The notes below the pieces were generated by a model that made no database searches, had not been told where the DNA came from, and worked only from the letters and a program-made list of their open reading frames with translations. Positions 59,497 through 64,000 of a stretch of 64,000 nucleotides of DNA are shown in pieces. The stretch is taken from positions 354,814 through 418,813 of the forward strand of contig NW_015163130.1 in NCBI RefSeq assembly GCF_001447785.1, in the 5' to 3' direction. Position 1 is the first letter of the stretch. Each line of letters begins with the position of its first letter. Source of the DNA: Gekko japonicus (taxonomy: Eukaryota). The position numbers and the translations under genes are program-made.

Positions 59497-61744
59497 CAGT
59501 AGCTAAGAGATGTCAGCAGTCTGATGCTCACTTAAAAGCCTTCCAAGAGATAGCATGAGATGGGAAGCATGGACTGAGGATACTTGATGGCGTGTGTGTT
59601 CCTTTCCATTATCTGATTCTATGCCATGCTGTGGGCTCCATTAGGAAGAATACCACACGCCAAATGTAGATCTCCATTTCACTCTGCTTTGGCATAGCTG
59701 AGTCTTGAGTTAAGGGCTACATTCGCCAGGTTCCAAAGATGATTTAAGATGTAGAATGTATGAAGTATGATGGACAGATGCTGGAGATGTTTAACTGAAC
59801 TGGACATTAAAGAAAAAACATAGTACTAGATTTCTTTGAAAAGGAGACCTAAGTGAGGATGATGTGCACTGCAGTAGTTTCAAGCTGAAGGAACCTAGGT
59901 TTAGGATGGATGTCAGGAGGCATTTCATAGCTGTGAGTCTGTTTGCCCATTGGAAAAATCACCCAAAGTGGTTGAAAACCCCTTCCCTTGAGAGGGGGCC
60001 AGGCAAACATCTATAAGGGGTGATCTGGGTTGCGAGACTCCTGCTATTATGATCACAACAGAAATTTCAACAGTGGGGCAGGGGCAACAAGACAAGGGGG
60101 GGGGGGGGGAGAAGAGACAGATGATGGGAGGATATCCAAAAGGGGGTTTGAAATGTTTGTGTTTCAAGCCTCTCCTTTCTGAGCCCGTGTTGAGTCAGCC
60201 TCGCACTTCTTTTGCAGTTTACTGTTGGCTCGACACTGGCTCCTTTCACACCCCTTGCCAAGAGCTTTCTATGCTGCCTTTCCTTCATCTGAACGTTCCC
60301 TGTGGAAAGACTCATAGTGAGTTCTCTCTTAGGTGCTAGATGGCTCCATGACATGTGCAGCAGTGTAGAGGGCCATTAGAGACCACAAGAAATGTGCCAG
60401 CCACAGAACCATCCTTGGCCTAATGTGCAGCCTTATCGTACATTATCACACCTACCAGGAAAGCTTGGGGAAAAGAAGAGGCCAGTAGGATGGAGGCCTG
60501 TGGCCTTGTTACCATCACAAAGAGGTCTGAATTTTGGAATGTGCTTGAGCTTGGGATAATTTATTTTCAAAATAAAGGATTTCATTCCAGTTTACTTCAA
60601 ATCAGGGTGGGATGGAAGGAGGAGAAGGTTCACCCATCACTAACGGGGGGGGAGGAGTCAACACAATCACTCATACTTAGGCAGAATTTCAGGTGGGAAT
60701 CAAAATGAAAGGGTTAAACTAACAAGTTCACTGTAAAATCTGGTTTTCGGTGTCAGAATGGAGGTGACATCACAAAAGGGTTTGTGGAAGGAGTTCTAGG
60801 ATCCTTAGAGGCTCCTCAGACTTACAATGTGGATTCAACAGATTCATGAGGTCCATCAGTGGCCATGATGACTAAAGGGAACCTTCGTATCTAGGGGTAG
60901 CAAACTTTTGAATATGAGTGCTCTGAGACAACTTCAGAAGAAACCCTTGGCCAGGGCAACTGGTTGGCCTCTGTCTGAAACAGGATGCTGGACTAGAAGG
61001 CCCACTGCTCTGGTCCAGCAGGGCTCTTTTGATGTTCTTATGGATTATGGCTCTCTATAAAGATTTATTCTTGAGTGTTATTTAGGTGAGCCTCTCTACA
61101 GTTCCAGTGCTGGTGAGACAAGAAGAGTAGTAGGGAAAAAGAGCAGACAGAAAAATAATTCAAGATGAACATACAGGAAAACCACCTTGCCCTTTCAGCT
61201 GGGGAGAAATTGGTAGATAGAATGCAGAGCTGTTAAATCTTGCACACAGGAAACCAAGGGCAATAAACAACATATTATATTGGTTTTTACAAGACTCATA
61301 AAGATCCTACATATTGAGCACCATTTAGGAAGTGACTTCTGTCTTTTATAGAGTTCCACTGCAGCCTTTTTGATTCTGGAGAAACAATTCAAAAACTCAA
61401 AAAGGGCAGTTCTTACTCATGTTCCTTGCTCACTTGAGAACACATGGAAGTGCTATTTTTGAAACAAAAACACATCCAACACTAGAATCTGCCATATTTT
61501 TAGACTAGGAGCTGATACCAGTTGTTGTTTTGCTTTTTCATTTGTTTGTTTTTTTGCAGCAGATGCAATATCCCACATCGGGGTTTAGGGGGAGGAAAAG
61601 AGAGAGTCTAGAAAGAACCATTTTAGAATCTACACTACTGTTCCATCTCAGACAACCATATCTTCCTTCTCCCTTCAGCTGGGGATGGGATCACATATGT
61701 TCCCATGGTATTTTGGATGGAAACCAGGGCATTCAAGGCACTGA

Positions 61745-62215
61745 GGAGAAGAAGAGGAGGAGGATTTATATCCTGCCCTTCACTTGGAGTCTCAGAGCAG
61801 CTTACAATCACCTTCCCTTCCTTTCCCCACAACAGACACCCTGTGAGGTACATGGGGCTGAGAGAGCTCTGAGAGAACTGCTTTGAGAGAACTGTGACTG
61901 ACCCAAGGTCACCCAGCTGGCTGCATGTGGAGGAAGAAGAAGACAAGATTGGATTTATACCATACCCTTCACTACATGAAGGAGTGTCATAGCAGCTTAC
62001 AGTCCTTTTCCCTTCCCCTCCCCACAGGAGATACCCTGTGAGGTAGATGGGGCTGAGAGAGCTCTCTCGAGAACTGTCCGTGAGAGAACAGCTCTGAAAG
62101 AATGTATGACTGACCCAAGGTCACACCAGCAGCTGCATGTGGAGAAGTAGGGAATCAAACCCGATTCTCCCAGATTAGAGTCTGCACTCTTAACCACTAC
62201 ACCAAACTGGCTCTC
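61745..62215 (-). mobile_element. Two head-to-tail Squam3-like SINEs (one 5'-truncated)
   Basis: Repeated (gaa/gag)n-gatttata...ggctgagagagctct...gctgcatgtggag blocks; intact tRNA-like head at 62150-62215. Confidence 0.85.
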
Positions 62216-62429
62216 ATAGAGCACAGAGCTGGTAGAATGGACCATACCACTTCAAATTGCAGAGTTCACATTTTCAGAATTCCCTCACACGAATAATTCC
62301 CTCTAAGTGGAAAACCAGCACAGTAGGTGAAGGGGCTGGACTGGGCCAGAACTTTCCCCCTGGCATCCCCAGTCCTTATTGGCAAGGCCTTTTTTTCATG
62401 GGGGAGTTAAAAGTAGACTAGCCCTCTGT

Positions 62430-62632
62430 GGTGGAACGTGCTGTCTAGACTCGTAGCCTACTTATAGCGACCCCATGGGGGTTTCAAGTCACGAGACAAA
62501 CAGAGGTGGTTTGCCATTGCCTGCCTCTGCAGAAGCAACCCTGGGCTTCCTTGATGGTCTCTCCAAGTATCAACCTTGGCTCACCCAGCTAGGCTTCTGA
62601 TATCTGATGAGATCCAGCCAACCTGGGCCATT
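62430..62632 (-). mobile_element. 5S rRNA-derived SINE
   Basis: Reverse complement of the 42994 family (gtggtttgccattgcc...ggtctctccaagtat). Confidence 0.7.
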
Positions 62633-63747
62633 TAGATCAGATGATAGAGGGCCGGCCTTCTATCACTGCATATGTAGACAAGGCCTTATACAAACAACTT
62701 AAGCAGACCCTTGGAGTAGCAATATAGGATGTCATTTCCCAATTTTGGAGGCTCCCCAGCCCCATAGCAAACTGGGAACTCTGGGTGAAGCTGAGCCTGT
62801 GTGTGGTCCCAGAGATTGTGTGCCCTGCATGTAAGAATGACATTTTTTAGACCTCATAAACATAATGCCCTCTGCTTTGAATAGCAGATAAAAAGATACC
62901 CATAGGGAGCTCAGCAGCTGTATAAAGGAAAGGTGCATCTCTCAGATGATGCAACACAGCTGATTTGGGAAAGGAAAATGTCCTGGGCTGGCCCTGCTCC
63001 CTCCTACCCAAGGATGATGCAATGTTCTCTAGAAGCTGAAATATGTCTCTCTACCCCCAGCACCTCACGAGTTTCCTCTTCCCTCCCTACACAGCAGTGA
63101 TCTACTCCCCACCCCCAGTGTCAGCTCTCAGGGGAAACTTCTTTGCTTAGAATTACTGTTGGCAGTTTCAAATAAGCACCTTCTGCCATTTTTAGCTCTC
63201 CCCCACTTCCTGAACTATAGTTTCAGTTCTCAGAAAGGATAGTGCTAATATGGCAGCAGAAGTCATACATTTTCACAAATTCCTTTTCCCCCTTTCAACA
63301 AAGCATTGTTTTGTGTTCAAGCCTCAGTTTTAAGGGGCCGATTCCAACCAACGGGGTCCTTCCCAATCAAGATGCTTAACTTGAATAAACAAGGTCACTG
63401 CAAAATTTGGTGGGTTTCTTTAGACACCTAACAGCAGCAGGCTGCTTGTGTTGATGTAAGCTGTCATCAAGTTGCCACCAACTTATGGCAATCCCAGTAA
63501 AGGGCTTTCAAGGCAAATAAGAAGCAGAGGTGGTTTGCCATTGCCTTCCTCTGCAGAGTCTTCCTTGGTGGTCTCCACTCCAAGGCCTGGCCCTGCTTTC
63601 GCTTCTGAGATCTGACGAGATCAGGCTGTACCATGCCGCCTTCCCTCCTGAGAACAGCCTGCTGACATCTCTTTACATTTCTGTCATGTTATCCAAGATG
63701 ACTTCCAAGGAAGTCCTCTAGAGGAAGACTATATGCTACACACATGC

Positions 63748-64000
63748 TAGGGATGCCAGCCTCCAGGTGGGACTTGGGGATCCCCTGGAACTACAGTTCA
63801 TCTCCAGACTACAGAAATCAGTAGTGTTCCCTCTAAGGTGAGTTAGTGCAAGCTAGCTCACAGTTTTTTAGCCTCCGGCTCACACATTTTGGTCTTAGCT
63901 CAGGAAGGATGGCTCCAGAGCAGACTAATTTATGGAGTAGCCAAATTGCTTGCTCACAACTTTAATGCCAATAGCTCACAATGTAGAATTTTTGTTCACA
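63748..64000. mobile_element. TAGGGTTGCC-family MITE interrupted at 63822 by a CAGTGTTCCCTCTAAG-family MITE (runs off the window)
   Basis: tagggatgccagcctccagg...acagaaatcag, then tagtgttccctctaaggtgagttagtg... Confidence 0.8.

Overview
Vertebrate nuclear DNA from a squamate reptile. The Sauria SINE, Squam3-like SINE, CR1/L2 and Penelope content suggests a gecko, which is an inference. Three minus-strand protein-coding genes lie in the same order as human 2q11: ADRA2B (intronless CDS 16790-18103, 437 aa), ASTL/ovastacin (9 coding exons, 27224-39879) and DUSP2/PAC1 (4 exons, 52505-56790, 316 aa). The standout feature is ovastacin. Signal peptide, propeptide, HExxHxxGxxH zinc site and Met-turn are intact, but the last exon is a ~3.8-kb open frame adding a ~1,270-aa Ser/Thr/Glu-rich, essentially cysteine-free tail (total about 1,550 aa versus about 430 aa in mammals). 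The gene also has a GC-AG intron, and near its 3' end a G_GGA_AAU slippery site plus stem-loop sits in front of an open -1 frame. Intergenic and intronic DNA is dense with non-autonomous hAT and Harbinger-type MITEs (several with exact TSDs), SINEs and LINE fragments, and with Penelope-type insertions, two of them fold-back, that carry hammerhead-ribozyme-like cores. Assembly gaps are at 12843-12865, 14838-14876, 24290-24349, 32083-32136 (removing the 5' end of ASTL exon 8) and 42106-42289. All calls were made by eye; no searches were run.
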